45,695 nucleotides of DNA from an uncultured Dyadobacter sp. (GTDB lineage: Bacteria; Bacteroidota; Bacteroidia; Cytophagales; Spirosomataceae), in contig CALGRQ010000266.1 in the NCBI GenBank assembly GCA_937880795.1, forward strand, positions 1-45,695. Direction: 5' to 3'. Positions 28,456 through 38,782 of the stretch are shown here, piece by piece. A program made the translations under genes and the position numbers. How positions within the stretch are numbered: the first letter of the stretch is position 1; every line of letters begins with the position of its first letter. The notes beneath the pieces are model-generated. The model had not been told where the DNA came from. It saw only the letters and a list, made by a program, of their open reading frames with translations, and did no database searches.

Positions 28456-30291
28456 ATGGAGCTTTCCTCCAAGTCAAATCCATCACATTTTATGATTAAT
28501 CGTTTACAATTCTATTTAAAATCACTGTGCATCATACTACTAGTTCTAGGCATACATAGCACTAGTTTTTCACAAACTCCCTTTTCATGTACGGGTCTTG
28601 TATATCAGGTGGCTGGGCCTGTTGCACGACAAAACGTTACCTTATATAGCTACAATATCAATACGGGAGAAAGAACACAGATTGCTCCCTTAGGAAGATC
28701 CATTAACGCAATAGGATACAACCCTATTGATAACATGATATGGGGATTTGATCAAAACAGCAATGTATTAGTCAGAATCGACGCATTAGGAACGGTTACT
28801 CCATACACCATACCCAATCTTCCAAACGACATTTATAACTCTTCCGATTTCTTACCGGATGGTCGCATGTTATTTTACCGAACCGATACGGGTACTCAAA
28901 CCAGAACCTACTACGTGGTTGACCTAAATCCAAGAAGAACAGCCACTTATCTAAAACTTGTTGATCCTACTCTTCCGAACTACCCTCTTGAGGCTGCTCC
29001 ATACGGAACTACCATGTCTCAGTTAACCCTCACCAATGACATGGCATATAACCCCACCACTGGCCTAATGGTTGGTATTGGAACAAATGCAAACGCTCGA
29101 AAAATCGTGAGACTCAATCCTCAAACGGGGGCTGTTACCGTCCAGTCTGCTCCGGTAACAGGCGATGGTTTTGAAACGACGGCAGGACCGTACGGCGCAA
29201 GTTTTATTGATTCTGGTAATAGCAATGTTCTATACGTTTTTGCTAACAACCCGGGTTCGTATTACCGTATCGATCTTCTAGACAATACTGCTACGCTATT
29301 GTCTCAATCCATTGCAGCGGGCAATAACGACGGAGCTAGCTGCCCCTCCGCAATTTTGAGTTTCCCGATCAGCGGAAATGTGTTCAATGACACAAACGCT
29401 ATGAAAGATAATACCGTGAATGGTTCGGGAACAAATGCAGGCGGTCTCAATGCAGTTTTATATGACAATACAACGGGTGAGGTTGTAGCAGTACACGCCG
29501 TGAACTCAGACGGTACATATAGCTTTGGGGCAACTCCCGGCAACAACTATACTGTATATATTACAACCTCAACTCCAACCGTCGGACAAACTGCCAAGCC
29601 AGTTCCCTCTTTACCATCTTCATGGAATAATACCGGAGAAAATTTAGGTACACAGCCGGGAAGCGACGGTACTACTGATGGTATACTGGCCATTGGAGAC
29701 GTAAATGAACCCGTTGAGAATGTGAATTTTGGTATATCCAATGCGCCCTTACCTGTTGGTTTAATGAATTTCTCTATACGTGCCCAGGAAAATGGCTCAG
29801 TACTCGTTTCTTGGAATACTGCTTGGGAAGAAAGTAATCAAAAATTCATTATTGAAAGAAGTATTGACCTGAAAGAGTTCAAACCTGTTGGTGAGATTCA
29901 GGATGTTGCCGGCACTGACAATGGGGCAAATAACTATCGCTTTGTAGACGATGCTCCATTTTCTGGAACGAGCTATTATCGTCTTAAACAAATTGACCTC
30001 GACGGAACAGTGACCATTTACCGGATTCAATCCGTTATAGTAGATGCTACATATGATGTCTTCCCTAACCCAGTTTCATCTGGTAGCGGTTTTACGCTGA
30101 CGTTAGACGAAGTAACAACTGCAGATATAAAATTGTATAGCATTGCAGGTAACCCAATTGCCATAACCAAAACACATTTAAACGGATCCAGTGTTAAAAT
30201 CACACCGTATGCTACATTGAAAAGCGGTATCTATATACTGAATGTTCGTGAACGTGGAACTGTACGAAAATACCGGATATTGGTTCAGTAA
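28456..30291 (+). CDS. T9SS type A sorting domain protein (DUF6923-like propeller plus SdrD-B-like domain)
   Basis: Signal peptide (SFS-Q), INAIGYNPIDNMIWG...NNDGASC, ISGNVFNDTN...GTYSF...NVNFG, PLPVGLMNF...YYRLKQIDLDG, CTD VFPNP...GIYILNV. Alternative start 28492. Confidence 0.85.
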   Translation: MELSSKSNPSHFMINRLQFYLKSLCIILLVLGIHSTSFSQTPFSCTGLVYQVAGPVARQNVTLYSYNINTGERTQIAPLGRSINAIGYNPIDNMIWGFDQNSNVLVRIDALGTVTPYTIPNLPNDIYNSSDFLPDGRMLFYRTDTGTQTRTYYVVDLNPRRTATYLKLVDPTLPNYPLEAAPYGTTMSQLTLTNDMAYNPTTGLMVGIGTNANARKIVRLNPQTGAVTVQSAPVTGDGFETTAGPYGASFIDSGNSNVLYVFANNPGSYYRIDLLDNTATLLSQSIAAGNNDGASCPSAILSFPISGNVFNDTNAMKDNTVNGSGTNAGGLNAVLYDNTTGEVVAVHAVNSDGTYSFGATPGNNYTVYITTSTPTVGQTAKPVPSLPSSWNNTGENLGTQPGSDGTTDGILAIGDVNEPVENVNFGISNAPLPVGLMNFSIRAQENGSVLVSWNTAWEESNQKFIIERSIDLKEFKPVGEIQDVAGTDNGANNYRFVDDAPFSGTSYYRLKQIDLDGTVTIYRIQSVIVDATYDVFPNPVSSGSGFTLTLDEVTTADIKLYSIAGNPIAITKTHLNGSSVKITPYATLKSGIYILNVRERGTVRKYRILVQ

Positions 30292-30356
30292 CATACCGAG
30301 GATAACAGTTTGCGAACAGTTATTAATCTGATATCTCAAGTACTTAATAACCACCT

Positions 30357-30408
30357 AATAACGCCCCAGAGCCACCAATTTGTACTCATTTGGCTCCGGG
30401 GCGTTGTT
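30357..30408 (+). terminator. Hairpin/terminator after the T9SS cargo gene
   Basis: AATAACGCCCCAGAGCCA ... TGGCTCCGGGGCGTTGTT, 18-bp stem with one mismatch. Confidence 0.65.
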
Positions 30409-30439
30409 TATTCTGCAATCTCTCCAAACTTATCCAACA

Positions 30440-30487
30440 AAAAAGCCCGTTAACCACATCTATAAGATGAACGTTAACGGGCTTTTT
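30440..30487. terminator. Terminator downstream of nagB (potentially bidirectional)
   Basis: AAAAAGCCCGTTAAC ... GTTAACGGGCTTTTT, perfect 15-bp stem. Confidence 0.8.
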
Positions 30488-30505
30488 ATGACTTGATCTT
30501 ATTTC

Positions 30506-32479
30506 TTAAAATTTCCAGCGTACGAATGCTTCCATAGCTTCGTATTCTGCCAGACCCAACTCATCGTATAAGTGGGCAGTAGCGCTATTACGCTCCTCAG
30601 CACGTTGCCAGAACTCTCTTGAATCGTCTCCCTGGAACACAACACCATCTTTCTGAGACTGGTGCTTAAATATTCCCTGACGTTTTTTCAGAACCTGATC
30701 AGGGCTCATTGGAACCGCCATTTCAATTTCATGAATATCCCACTCAGCCCATGCGCCACGGTATAACCATACCCAGCAATCCTTCATGAAATTCTTATGC
30801 TTTGAGCGCTCAAGAGCCGCCTCAATCGCATCCCAGCAAACCTTATGTGTTCCGTGTGGATCAGCAAAGTCACCAGCTGCATATATTTGATGAGGCTTAA
30901 TTTGCTCAATCAAATTTTCAACGATTTTGATATCCTCTTCCCCGATCGGTTTCTTTTGAACTGTTCCTGTTTCGTAGAATGGCATGTTCAGGAAGTGCGC
31001 ATTTTCCGTAGGAATACCCACAAAGCGACAAGTTGCTTTGGCTTCCCCCTTACGCAAAATCCCTTTTACCTGACGGATCTCAGGTGTATCGATCTCACTA
31101 TCCTTAGTATGTTTCAAGAAGTTTTTCGCATCCAAGAACAATTTATTAGCCTCCGGACTGTTGATCGCAAAGTTATTATTGAAGTCAACAACGAAATCGA
31201 TGAAACGAAGTGCCTCATCATCGGCTACTGCAATGTTTCCTGAGGTTTGGTAGGCTACGTGTACCTCGTGTCCCTGATCCACCAAGCGCTGGAACGTTCC
31301 ACCCATTGATATAATATCGTCATCTGGGTGTGGGCTGAAAATCAATACACGCTTTTTAGCAGGTTGAGCACGCTCTGGACGATTGGTGTCGTCAGCGTTT
31401 GGCTTACCTCCCGGCCATCCGGTAATGGTATGTTGTAATTGATTAAATACATTGATATTGATCTCATAACCTGCACCATACTGGGCAAGCAAATCGCTCA
31501 TACCATTGTCATTATAATCTTTATCTGTCAATTTCAGAATTGGCTTTTGAAGGCTTTGCGACAAGTAAGTCACGGCCTTTTTGATCATTTTGTTATCCCA
31601 AACAACCGAATCAACCGCCCATGGAGTTTTAACGCGTGTAAGTTCAGAAGCCGCACTTTCATCTACCACAAAAGTTACGTCAGAATGCGCCTGAAGATAA
31701 GAAGCAGGATTGCGCTCTGTAACCGGACCTTCTACCGCACCACGGATCACCGCAGCCTTTCTTTCTCCCCAAGCCAACAAAACAATTCTACGTGCACTCA
31801 AAATAGGTGATACACCCAAGGTAATCGCCTTACGAGGTACTTTATGCAATCCACCAAATTCCATAGCCGCAGCAGCTCTGGTTGAATGGTCAAGCGTTAT
31901 CAATCTGGTACGCGCGTTGATCAGTGAACCAGGCTCATTGAATCCAATATGACCGTTTCCACCGATACCAAGCAATTGGAAGTCCAATCCACCTACGGCA
32001 TTAATTTTACTTTCATAAGAAATACAGTACTCTCTAACCATGGCAGGAGGAATAGTCCCGTCTGGAAGGAAGTAGTTCTCCTTAGCGATATCCACATGGT
32101 CAAAAAGTTGCTCCTTCATGAAACGGTGGTAACTATAAATAGAGTCCGGCTCCATTTGGTAGTATTCATCCAAATTGAAAGAAATTACATTTTTGAAGCT
32201 AAGTCCCTCCTCTTTATGCATTTTAACAAGCTTTGCATAAACGGTTTTGGGAGAAGAACCTGTTGCTAATCCTAAGACACACATTTTACCTTCCTTCTGC
32301 TTCTTCCGGATCAAATCTGCAATCTCCTGCGCTACCGCATTCGATGCTTCCTTGGAATCTGCAAAAATCTGTGTAGGGATTTTTTCGTAAGTGATGGGTT
32401 GGCCAACAGTTCCGGCTGTTGCATTGTTATCAGCGGCCTGCAATAAAATGGTTTCTGTATTCACAGTCTGATTGTCCAT
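30506..32479 (-). CDS. nagB: Glucosamine-6-phosphate deaminase fused to a PIG-L/LmbE-like domain
   Basis: LGLATGSSP, FNLDEY and GIGGNGHIGFNEPG motifs. C-terminal FSPHPDDDII and DPHGTH. Confidence 0.95.
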   Translation of the reverse strand: MDNQTVNTETILLQAADNNATAGTVGQPITYEKIPTQIFADSKEASNAVAQEIADLIRKKQKEGKMCVLGLATGSSPKTVYAKLVKMHKEEGLSFKNVISFNLDEYYQMEPDSIYSYHRFMKEQLFDHVDIAKENYFLPDGTIPPAMVREYCISYESKINAVGGLDFQLLGIGGNGHIGFNEPGSLINARTRLITLDHSTRAAAAMEFGGLHKVPRKAITLGVSPILSARRIVLLAWGERKAAVIRGAVEGPVTERNPASYLQAHSDVTFVVDESAASELTRVKTPWAVDSVVWDNKMIKKAVTYLSQSLQKPILKLTDKDYNDNGMSDLLAQYGAGYEININVFNQLQHTITGWPGGKPNADDTNRPERAQPAKKRVLIFSPHPDDDIISMGGTFQRLVDQGHEVHVAYQTSGNIAVADDEALRFIDFVVDFNNNFAINSPEANKLFLDAKNFLKHTKDSEIDTPEIRQVKGILRKGEAKATCRFVGIPTENAHFLNMPFYETGTVQKKPIGEEDIKIVENLIEQIKPHQIYAAGDFADPHGTHKVCWDAIEAALERSKHKNFMKDCWVWLYRGAWAEWDIHEIEMAVPMSPDQVLKKRQGIFKHQSQKDGVVFQGDDSREFWQRAEERNSATAHLYDELGLAEYEAMEAFVRWKF

Positions 32480-32632
32480 TGGTTAAAAATAATTCGCGAG
32501 TTTAAGAATAGGTAATAGGCAGATTATATAAAATTTATCAAAGGATGAATCTCAAAAAAACAACACCTATCAGAATCGGCTACACTTCAAATAAAGATAT
32601 CTAAATCCTACGGAATGAAGCCGAACCAGGTA

Positions 32633-32640
32633 CAAAAATA
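32633..32640 (-). promoter_or_regulatory. Sigma70 -7 box upstream of nagB
   Basis: Minus-strand TATTTTTG. Confidence 0.45.
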
Positions 32641-32926
32641 CAACTCATAGGCAATATTTTTAAAAAAATTTAAAAAATAAAACATTGATAAACGATCATA
32701 TATCAAGAATACCACATGAGACCTATTATTCATCCCGTTTTTTCATCAAAAATATCAATTCGGGCCTAAATTCGAAATAAAATAAACAGATAAAGCCTCC
32801 CACCAATGTCTTAAATGAAGACCCTATAAACACCCAAGTCCACTTTGTTTTCAATTGTTTTCCGAAACAGTTCTACACTTTTGTCAGAAAGTGAGTTGTA
32901 ATTTTTCATTCCACAAGAAATGCTTG

Positions 32927-32934
32927 TATTTTTG
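32927..32934 (+). promoter_or_regulatory. Sigma70 -7 box upstream of glyA
   Basis: TATTTTTG, 43 nt before ATG 32978. Confidence 0.55.
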
Positions 32935-32977
32935 CGGCTTAATCTACATCCAATATTTCATATTTCCCGTAAATACC

Positions 32978-34282
32978 ATGTCTACACTTACCAGCGTTGA
33001 ACGTGACACAGCCATTTTCGATCTGATCAATAAAGAAAAATTTCGTCAGGAATCGGGCATCGAACTAATTGCTTCTGAAAACTTTACGTCCAAACAAGTG
33101 ATGGAGGCGGCAGGAAGTGTGCTTACCAACAAATATGCCGAAGGACTGCCAGGAAAACGTTATTACGGAGGGTGCGAGGTAGTGGATGAGATTGAGCAAA
33201 TCGCAATTGACCGTTTGAAACAACTTTTCGGAGCAACTTGGGCCAACGTACAGCCTCACTCTGGAGCTCAGGCCAATACAGCGGTGTTTTTAGCTTGCTT
33301 AAATCCGGGAGATAAAATTATGGGTTTCAACCTGGCTCATGGCGGTCACCTTTCGCACGGATCTCCTGTTAACATTTCAGGTAAATATTTCCAACCTGTA
33401 TTTTACGGTGTTGAGCCAGAATCAGGATTGATCGACTGGAACAAAGTGGAGGAAACTGCTGTACGCGAAAAACCAAAACTTTTGATCTGTGGAGCTTCTG
33501 CATATAGCCGCGACTGGGATTACCAACGCCTACGCGCTATCGCGGATCAGGTTGGCGCTTTGTTATTGGCCGACATCTCTCACCCAGCGGGTCTTATAGC
33601 CAAAGGATTATTGAATGATCCGTTCGATCATTGCCACATCGTAACTACCACAACCCACAAAACTCTTCGTGGACCTCGTGGAGGTGTGATCATGATGCGT
33701 AACGATTTCGAAAACCCATTCGGCATCACGACTCAAAAAGGACAACTACGCACCATGTCTTCTCTTTTAGACTCTGGTGTTTTCCCGGGTACTCAAGGTG
33801 GTCCGTTGGAACACATTATTGCTGCCAAAGCAATTGCCTTCGGTGAAGCACTGGGTGAAGGATATTACAACTACGCAACGCAGGTTGCCAAAAATGCTCA
33901 GGCTATGGCCAAAGCATTTACAGATAAAGGATACAAAATTATTTCTGGCGGTACCGACAATCACTTGATGTTGATCGATCTTCAGTCTAAAAATGGCATA
34001 AAATCCGAAATGACTGGAAAGCTTGCAGAAAACACATTGATTAAAGCGGATATTACCATCAATAAAAACATGGTTCCTTTCGACTTAAAGTCCCCAATGG
34101 TTACTTCTGGTATGCGCGTGGGTACTGCTGCCATGACCTCCCGCGGTCTGGTAGAATCGGACATGGAAAGAATCGTTGACATGATCGATAACGTATTGAT
34201 CAACCATGATCAGGATGCTAAAATTGCCGCTGTTAAACAAGAAGTTAACAATTGGATGAAAGAATTCCCTTTGTATAACTAA
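32978..34282 (+). CDS. glyA: Serine hydroxymethyltransferase
   Basis: [41 protein letters not shown] and GGTDNH motifs. Likely start ATG 32978. Confidence 0.98.
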   Translation: MSTLTSVERDTAIFDLINKEKFRQESGIELIASENFTSKQVMEAAGSVLTNKYAEGLPGKRYYGGCEVVDEIEQIAIDRLKQLFGATWANVQPHSGAQANTAVFLACLNPGDKIMGFNLAHGGHLSHGSPVNISGKYFQPVFYGVEPESGLIDWNKVEETAVREKPKLLICGASAYSRDWDYQRLRAIADQVGALLLADISHPAGLIAKGLLNDPFDHCHIVTTTTHKTLRGPRGGVIMMRNDFENPFGITTQKGQLRTMSSLLDSGVFPGTQGGPLEHIIAAKAIAFGEALGEGYYNYATQVAKNAQAMAKAFTDKGYKIISGGTDNHLMLIDLQSKNGIKSEMTGKLAENTLIKADITINKNMVPFDLKSPMVTSGMRVGTAAMTSRGLVESDMERIVDMIDNVLINHDQDAKIAAVKQEVNNWMKEFPLYN

Positions 34283-34297
34283 GCAATATAAGACACT

Positions 34298-34341
34298 CAA
34301 AAACGGCATAGTATAAAACATTGATTACTGTGCCGTTTTTG
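34298..34341 (+). terminator. Terminator after glyA
   Basis: CAAAAACGGCATAGTA ... TACTGTGCCGTTTTTG. Confidence 0.8.
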
Positions 34342-34492
34342 TATTTAGGGATAGCAGTTACCCTCCATTTATAGGTTTATCTATATCCTTTTTGAATAAG
34401 AAATAACGTATACCCGCAGGGCATAAAATCCTTGTATTTTTAAGAACTTAAAGAATTGTGTGCTAAGTTGTTTTGACTTAATAAAGTTTTCA

Positions 34493-34500
34493 TAACTTTG
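34493..34500 (+). promoter_or_regulatory. Sigma70 -7 box upstream of the TPR gene
   Basis: TAACTTTG, with TTTG at 34472-34475. Confidence 0.6.
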
Positions 34501-34526
34501 CACTCCAAAATTGAATTTTAATTGAT

Positions 34527-35228
34527 ATGAGCGAGAAAAACACGGATGAGTCCGGTTTTGAAATTATTGAAACACCCGAGGCTTTGGCCGGACAAATCAA
34601 TAAAGCAGAGGTTTTCTTCCTGAAAAATCGTAACGTGGTTTATGGCATCGGTGGAGCTATCCTACTCGCTGTTGTCGCATTTGCTGGGTACCGTTTTTAT
34701 ATTGATGGTCAGGAAAGTACTGCACAAAATGCTCTTTCGAGTGTGGTTTACGACTTTGAAGCCGATTCATTGCAAAAGGCATTGAACGGTAGTGGTGGTA
34801 ACGAAGGCTTATTGTCAATTGCAGATAGCTATAAAGGAACTGATGCCAGTAACCTTGCCAGTTTTTATGCCGGTGTTGCATTGTTAAAGCAAGGTAAATT
34901 TGACGAAGCCATTACCCGCCTTCAATCTTTCAGTTCTTCTGATCTGTTGTTGCAGGGTCGTGCTCAGTCACTTCTTGGTGACGCATATCTAGAGAAAAAT
35001 CAAGCGGCAGAAGCTATTTCTTACTATAAGAAAGCTGCTGATTACGAAAAGAATGAATTTTTTACACCAGTATATCTGATGAAGCTTGCTCTTGCACAAG
35101 AGAAAGCAAATCTGGCTGCTGATGCTGTATCAACATATAAACGTGTGGTTGATGAGTTTCCTCTTTCCTCGGAAGTGGTAAACGCGAAGAAGTACATGGG
35201 ATTGTTGGAAGGACAGGTCGGCAAATAA
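34527..35228 (+). CDS. Membrane-anchored TPR protein (YfgM-like)
   Basis: Single N-terminal TM helix (VVYGIGGAILLAVVAFAGY) followed by TPR helices. Sits upstream of ribH, as commonly seen in Bacteroidota. Confidence 0.8.
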   Translation: MSEKNTDESGFEIIETPEALAGQINKAEVFFLKNRNVVYGIGGAILLAVVAFAGYRFYIDGQESTAQNALSSVVYDFEADSLQKALNGSGGNEGLLSIADSYKGTDASNLASFYAGVALLKQGKFDEAITRLQSFSSSDLLLQGRAQSLLGDAYLEKNQAAEAISYYKKAADYEKNEFFTPVYLMKLALAQEKANLAADAVSTYKRVVDEFPLSSEVVNAKKYMGLLEGQVGK

Positions 35229-35250
35229 TGGGTAACCATTACTGTTCTTG

Positions 35251-35287
35251 AAAAGGATAAAGCCGACAGCGGTTTTATCCTTTTTTT
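35251..35287 (+). terminator. Terminator between the TPR gene and ribH
   Basis: AAAAGGATAAAGCCG-ACAG-CGGTTTTATCCTTTTTTT. Confidence 0.8.
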
Positions 35288-35392
35288 GTTACTACCTGAT
35301 CTACAATAAGCACCTTAAATTCAGAACATTTAATAAACCATGACCGGAGCCTCTAATTTCCGGGATATTCAATATAAACTGAGCAAAGAAAT

Positions 35393-35890
35393 ATGTCTAG
35401 TGCAGATAAAAATTTAAGCGTTTTTACAACGAATGATCTCCCCGAGATCGGTAATAAAAAATTCGCTTTGGTGGTAGCAGAATGGAATAGTGAAATTACG
35501 GGAAAACTGTTTCAAGGAGCTTATGATACGCTGATCAAGTATGGAGCATTGCCCGAAAACATTGAAAAAGGAACGGTACCTGGGAGCTTTGAACTTACGT
35601 TAGCTTCGCATTGGTATGCACAACGTGACGATATTGATGCGGTAATTGCTTTAGGCGTGGTGATCAAGGGAGAAACCAAGCATGATGAATATATCAACAA
35701 CGCAGTGGCACAAGGCATTACCAACGTGAGTATACAAAATAACAAGCCCGTTATATTTGGCGTACTTACGCCTAACAGTATGGAGCAAGCCATTGCACGC
35801 GCTGGTGGTGCGCATGGGAATAAAGGAGATGAGGCAGCTATGACAGCCATTAAAATGGTTGGCCTTAAAGATAAAATTTTAGTCAAGTAA
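35393..35890 (+). CDS. ribH: 6,7-dimethyl-8-ribityllumazine synthase
   Basis: EWNSEIT, VPGSFEL, GVVIKGETKH, PVIFGVLT and GNKGDEAA motifs. Confidence 0.96.
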   Translation: MSSADKNLSVFTTNDLPEIGNKKFALVVAEWNSEITGKLFQGAYDTLIKYGALPENIEKGTVPGSFELTLASHWYAQRDDIDAVIALGVVIKGETKHDEYINNAVAQGITNVSIQNNKPVIFGVLTPNSMEQAIARAGGAHGNKGDEAAMTAIKMVGLKDKILVK

Positions 35891-36008
35891 GTCCGAAGTT
35901 ATCTTTTTTGGGCATGAGTTGAAACAAAAATAAGCTCTGCCTAAAAGCACTATCAACCGACTGAAAGAACAAAAAACTAATTCATTCAATATTCAACATT
36001 ATAATTTT

Positions 36009-37367
36009 ATGCAAGTCTGGAAATTTGGTGGTACATCCGTAGGTAAGCCCGAGCGTATGCGTTCAATTCGTGAACTTCTTGAAAATGATCCTAATCGTAA
36101 AATTGTTGTTTTATCGGCGTTGTCGGGCTCAACGAATGCACTGATCGCTATTGGAGAACTGGCAAAAGCTTACAATGAAGAACAAGCCATTGCCAAGATA
36201 GACGAGCTTAAGGCACACTATCAAACGTTCATCGAAGAATTGTATGCCACAGAAGCAGGATTAGCCAAAGGGCAAGAAATTATTGACAGTGAATTTGGAT
36301 TCATTCGTTCACTGGTGGGTATCAAACCTTTTACCATTAAGCAAGATAAAGAGCTGGTTGCAGAAGGAGAAATATTGAGTACCAAGATGTTCCAGGCCTA
36401 CCTGGAAGAAGTTGGCGATAGCTCTGTACTATTACCGGCTCTAGACTTTATGCGTATAGATGCAGATGGGGAGCCTGAAATGGCAACCATTGAAGAAAAA
36501 CTGGTGACTATATTGGACCAGCACACCGATGCCAAAATCATTGTAACCCAAGGATTTATCTGCCGAAACCCAAGAGAAGAAGTGGATAACCTAAAACGGG
36601 GTGGATCTGACTATACCGCTTCCTTGATCGGTGGTGCTATTCGTGCAGAAGAAATCCAGATCTGGACCGATATTGATGGGATGCACAACAACGATCCTCG
36701 TATCGTAAAACGTACTTTCCCGATCAGAGAATTGACCTTTGAAGAGGCCGCAGAACTGGCTTATTTTGGTGCCAAAATCCTTCATCCAAGTACGATTACT
36801 CCTGCTAAACTCAGAGGAGTTCCCGTACGTTTGAAAAATACCATGCAACCAGAAGCCCCGGGAACGCTTATAGCAACCCAGTCTTCTGATCGTGAAATTA
36901 AAGCCATCGCGGCCAAGGATAATATCACTGCGATATATATTCACTCAACCCGTATGCTGAATGCTTATGGCTTCTTGCGTCGTGTATTTGAGGTTTTTGA
37001 AAAATACAAAACACCGGTGGACATGATCACCACGTCGGAAGTTTCCGTTTCTGTTACCATAGACAACTCCGAGCACCTGGAAGCAATTACTGCTGAGCTG
37101 CGTGAATTTGCGGATCTTGAAGAAAATGACAGCGACCAAAACATCATTTGTATCGTAGGTAATTTCAGCGCAGACAAGGAAGGTATCGCCTTGAAAGTTT
37201 TGGAAGCGATGAAAAACATTCCGATCCGTATGATTTCATATGGCGCATCGGAGCACAATCTTTCGTTGCTGATTCATTCAAAATACAAAGAAGAAGCACT
37301 GAACGTATTGAACGAGCGTCTTTTTTACTATGAAGATGCGATGAAAACCATATTCACTGCGCAATAA
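36009..37367 (+). CDS. lysC: Aspartate kinase (monofunctional)
   Basis: KFGGTSVG, RGGSDYTA, WTDIDG and FGAKILHP motifs, plus two ACT domains (TSEVSVS). Confidence 0.93.
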   Translation: MQVWKFGGTSVGKPERMRSIRELLENDPNRKIVVLSALSGSTNALIAIGELAKAYNEEQAIAKIDELKAHYQTFIEELYATEAGLAKGQEIIDSEFGFIRSLVGIKPFTIKQDKELVAEGEILSTKMFQAYLEEVGDSSVLLPALDFMRIDADGEPEMATIEEKLVTILDQHTDAKIIVTQGFICRNPREEVDNLKRGGSDYTASLIGGAIRAEEIQIWTDIDGMHNNDPRIVKRTFPIRELTFEEAAELAYFGAKILHPSTITPAKLRGVPVRLKNTMQPEAPGTLIATQSSDREIKAIAAKDNITAIYIHSTRMLNAYGFLRRVFEVFEKYKTPVDMITTSEVSVSVTIDNSEHLEAITAELREFADLEENDSDQNIICIVGNFSADKEGIALKVLEAMKNIPIRMISYGASEHNLSLLIHSKYKEEALNVLNERLFYYEDAMKTIFTAQ

Positions 37368-37429
37368 TTGATTGCACAAAATTGACAAACTTAAAAGGCT
37401 GAAAGCTTTTGCCGACAGCCTATAGCAAT

Positions 37430-38722
37430 ATGTTACAACCCATTTTTATCCGCGACAACAGAGACCTGACCATCGCAGGATTACAAAAAAAGCATTTTAA
37501 AGATGCGGCAGAAATCGTAGACCGCATCATTGAGCTGGATCAGGCCCGGCGTGAAGTTCAACAAGAACTCGACGACGTTTTGGCGGAGTCAAACGCCAAA
37601 GCAAGAGAAATTGGTGCACTGATGAAATCAGGGCAGAAAGAAGCTGCTGAGGCTGCCAAAGGGGATACGGTCGTTCTGAAAGAACGTTCAAAAACATTGG
37701 ACGAAAAGCACAAGGAAATTGAGCAGGTATTATTGGATGAACTTGTTAAACTTCCTAACCTTCCCCATGAAAGTGTACCGGAAGGCCGTACAGCTGAGGA
37801 CAATGTGAACGTATGGGAGAAAGGCGACAAGCCTACCCTTCCCGCAGGCGCATTACCCCATTGGGAGCTAATCCGGAAACTTGGTAAAAACCAGGCGCCG
37901 ATCATTGATTTTGAACTTGGGAACAAAATCACAGGAGCGGGTTTCCCCGTATATAAAGGGAAAGCGGCCCGTCTACAACGTGCGATGATCTCGTTTTTCC
38001 TGGATGAAGCAAGTAAAGCAGGCTATATAGAAGTACAAACGCCCATTCTGGTCAATGCCGATTCTGGTTTTGCAACAGGACAGTTACCGGATAAAGAAGG
38101 GCAAATGTACCATGATGCACAGGATGATCTTTATTTGATCCCAACTGCCGAAGTGCCTGTTACAAACCTTTACAGAGATGTTATTGTAGCAGAATCGGAA
38201 TTACCTGTTAAACACGCGGCATATACCCCTTGTTTTCGCCGTGAAGCGGGAAGCTGGGGAGCGCACGTACGTGGATTGAACCGTTTGCATCAGTTCGATA
38301 AAATTGAGATCGTACAGATCAATAAACCAGAGGAGTCGTATAAGGCCCTCGACGAAATGGTTGAACATGTAAAAGGTCTTCTTGAAAAACTAGAATTGCC
38401 CTACCGTATTCTAAGACTATGTGGTGGCGATATGGGATTCACCTCTGCACTCACCTATGATTTCGAAGTATGGTCTGCGGGGCAAGAACGCTGGCTTGAA
38501 TGTAGTTCGGTTTCTAATTTTGAGACCTACCAGGCAAACCGCTTGAAGCTTCGTTACAAAACCACAGATAAAAAGACGCAGTTATTGCATACGTTGAATG
38601 GCTCCGCATTGGCGCTACCGCGGATCCTGGCATCCTTGCTAGAAAACAACCAGCAAGCAGACGGAACGGTTCGTATACCGGCTGTTTTGGTACCCTATTG
38701 CGGCTTTGATGTAATTGAATAG
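37430..38722 (+). CDS. serS: Serine--tRNA ligase
   Basis: N-terminal coiled coil, LIPTAEVP, FRREAG, RLHQFDK and HTLNGS motifs. Likely start ATG 37430. Confidence 0.98.
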   Translation: MLQPIFIRDNRDLTIAGLQKKHFKDAAEIVDRIIELDQARREVQQELDDVLAESNAKAREIGALMKSGQKEAAEAAKGDTVVLKERSKTLDEKHKEIEQVLLDELVKLPNLPHESVPEGRTAEDNVNVWEKGDKPTLPAGALPHWELIRKLGKNQAPIIDFELGNKITGAGFPVYKGKAARLQRAMISFFLDEASKAGYIEVQTPILVNADSGFATGQLPDKEGQMYHDAQDDLYLIPTAEVPVTNLYRDVIVAESELPVKHAAYTPCFRREAGSWGAHVRGLNRLHQFDKIEIVQINKPEESYKALDEMVEHVKGLLEKLELPYRILRLCGGDMGFTSALTYDFEVWSAGQERWLECSSVSNFETYQANRLKLRYKTTDKKTQLLHTLNGSALALPRILASLLENNQQADGTVRIPAVLVPYCGFDVIE

Positions 38723-38745
38723 ATCTCAAAACGACCTATAAGACT

Positions 38746-38774
38746 AAGCCTTCATGAAAATGGAGGCTTTTTTT
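38746..38774 (+). terminator. Terminator after serS
   Basis: AAGCCTTCAT-GAAA-ATGGAGGCTT followed by a T run. Confidence 0.8.
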
Positions 38775-38782
38775 GTTTAGAA

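Noticed and set aside
27780-30500. Integrative element at tRNA-Leu
   Set aside because: No integrase and no repeat of the tRNA 3' end (CCCGCCTTCGGCA) seen downstream.
35229-35392. FMN riboswitch upstream of ribH
   Set aside because: No RFN consensus segments. The hairpin present is explained as the terminator of the TPR gene.
35891-36008. Lysine riboswitch upstream of lysC
   Set aside because: The 118-nt spacer is too short and lacks the consensus. Only a weak hairpin is present.
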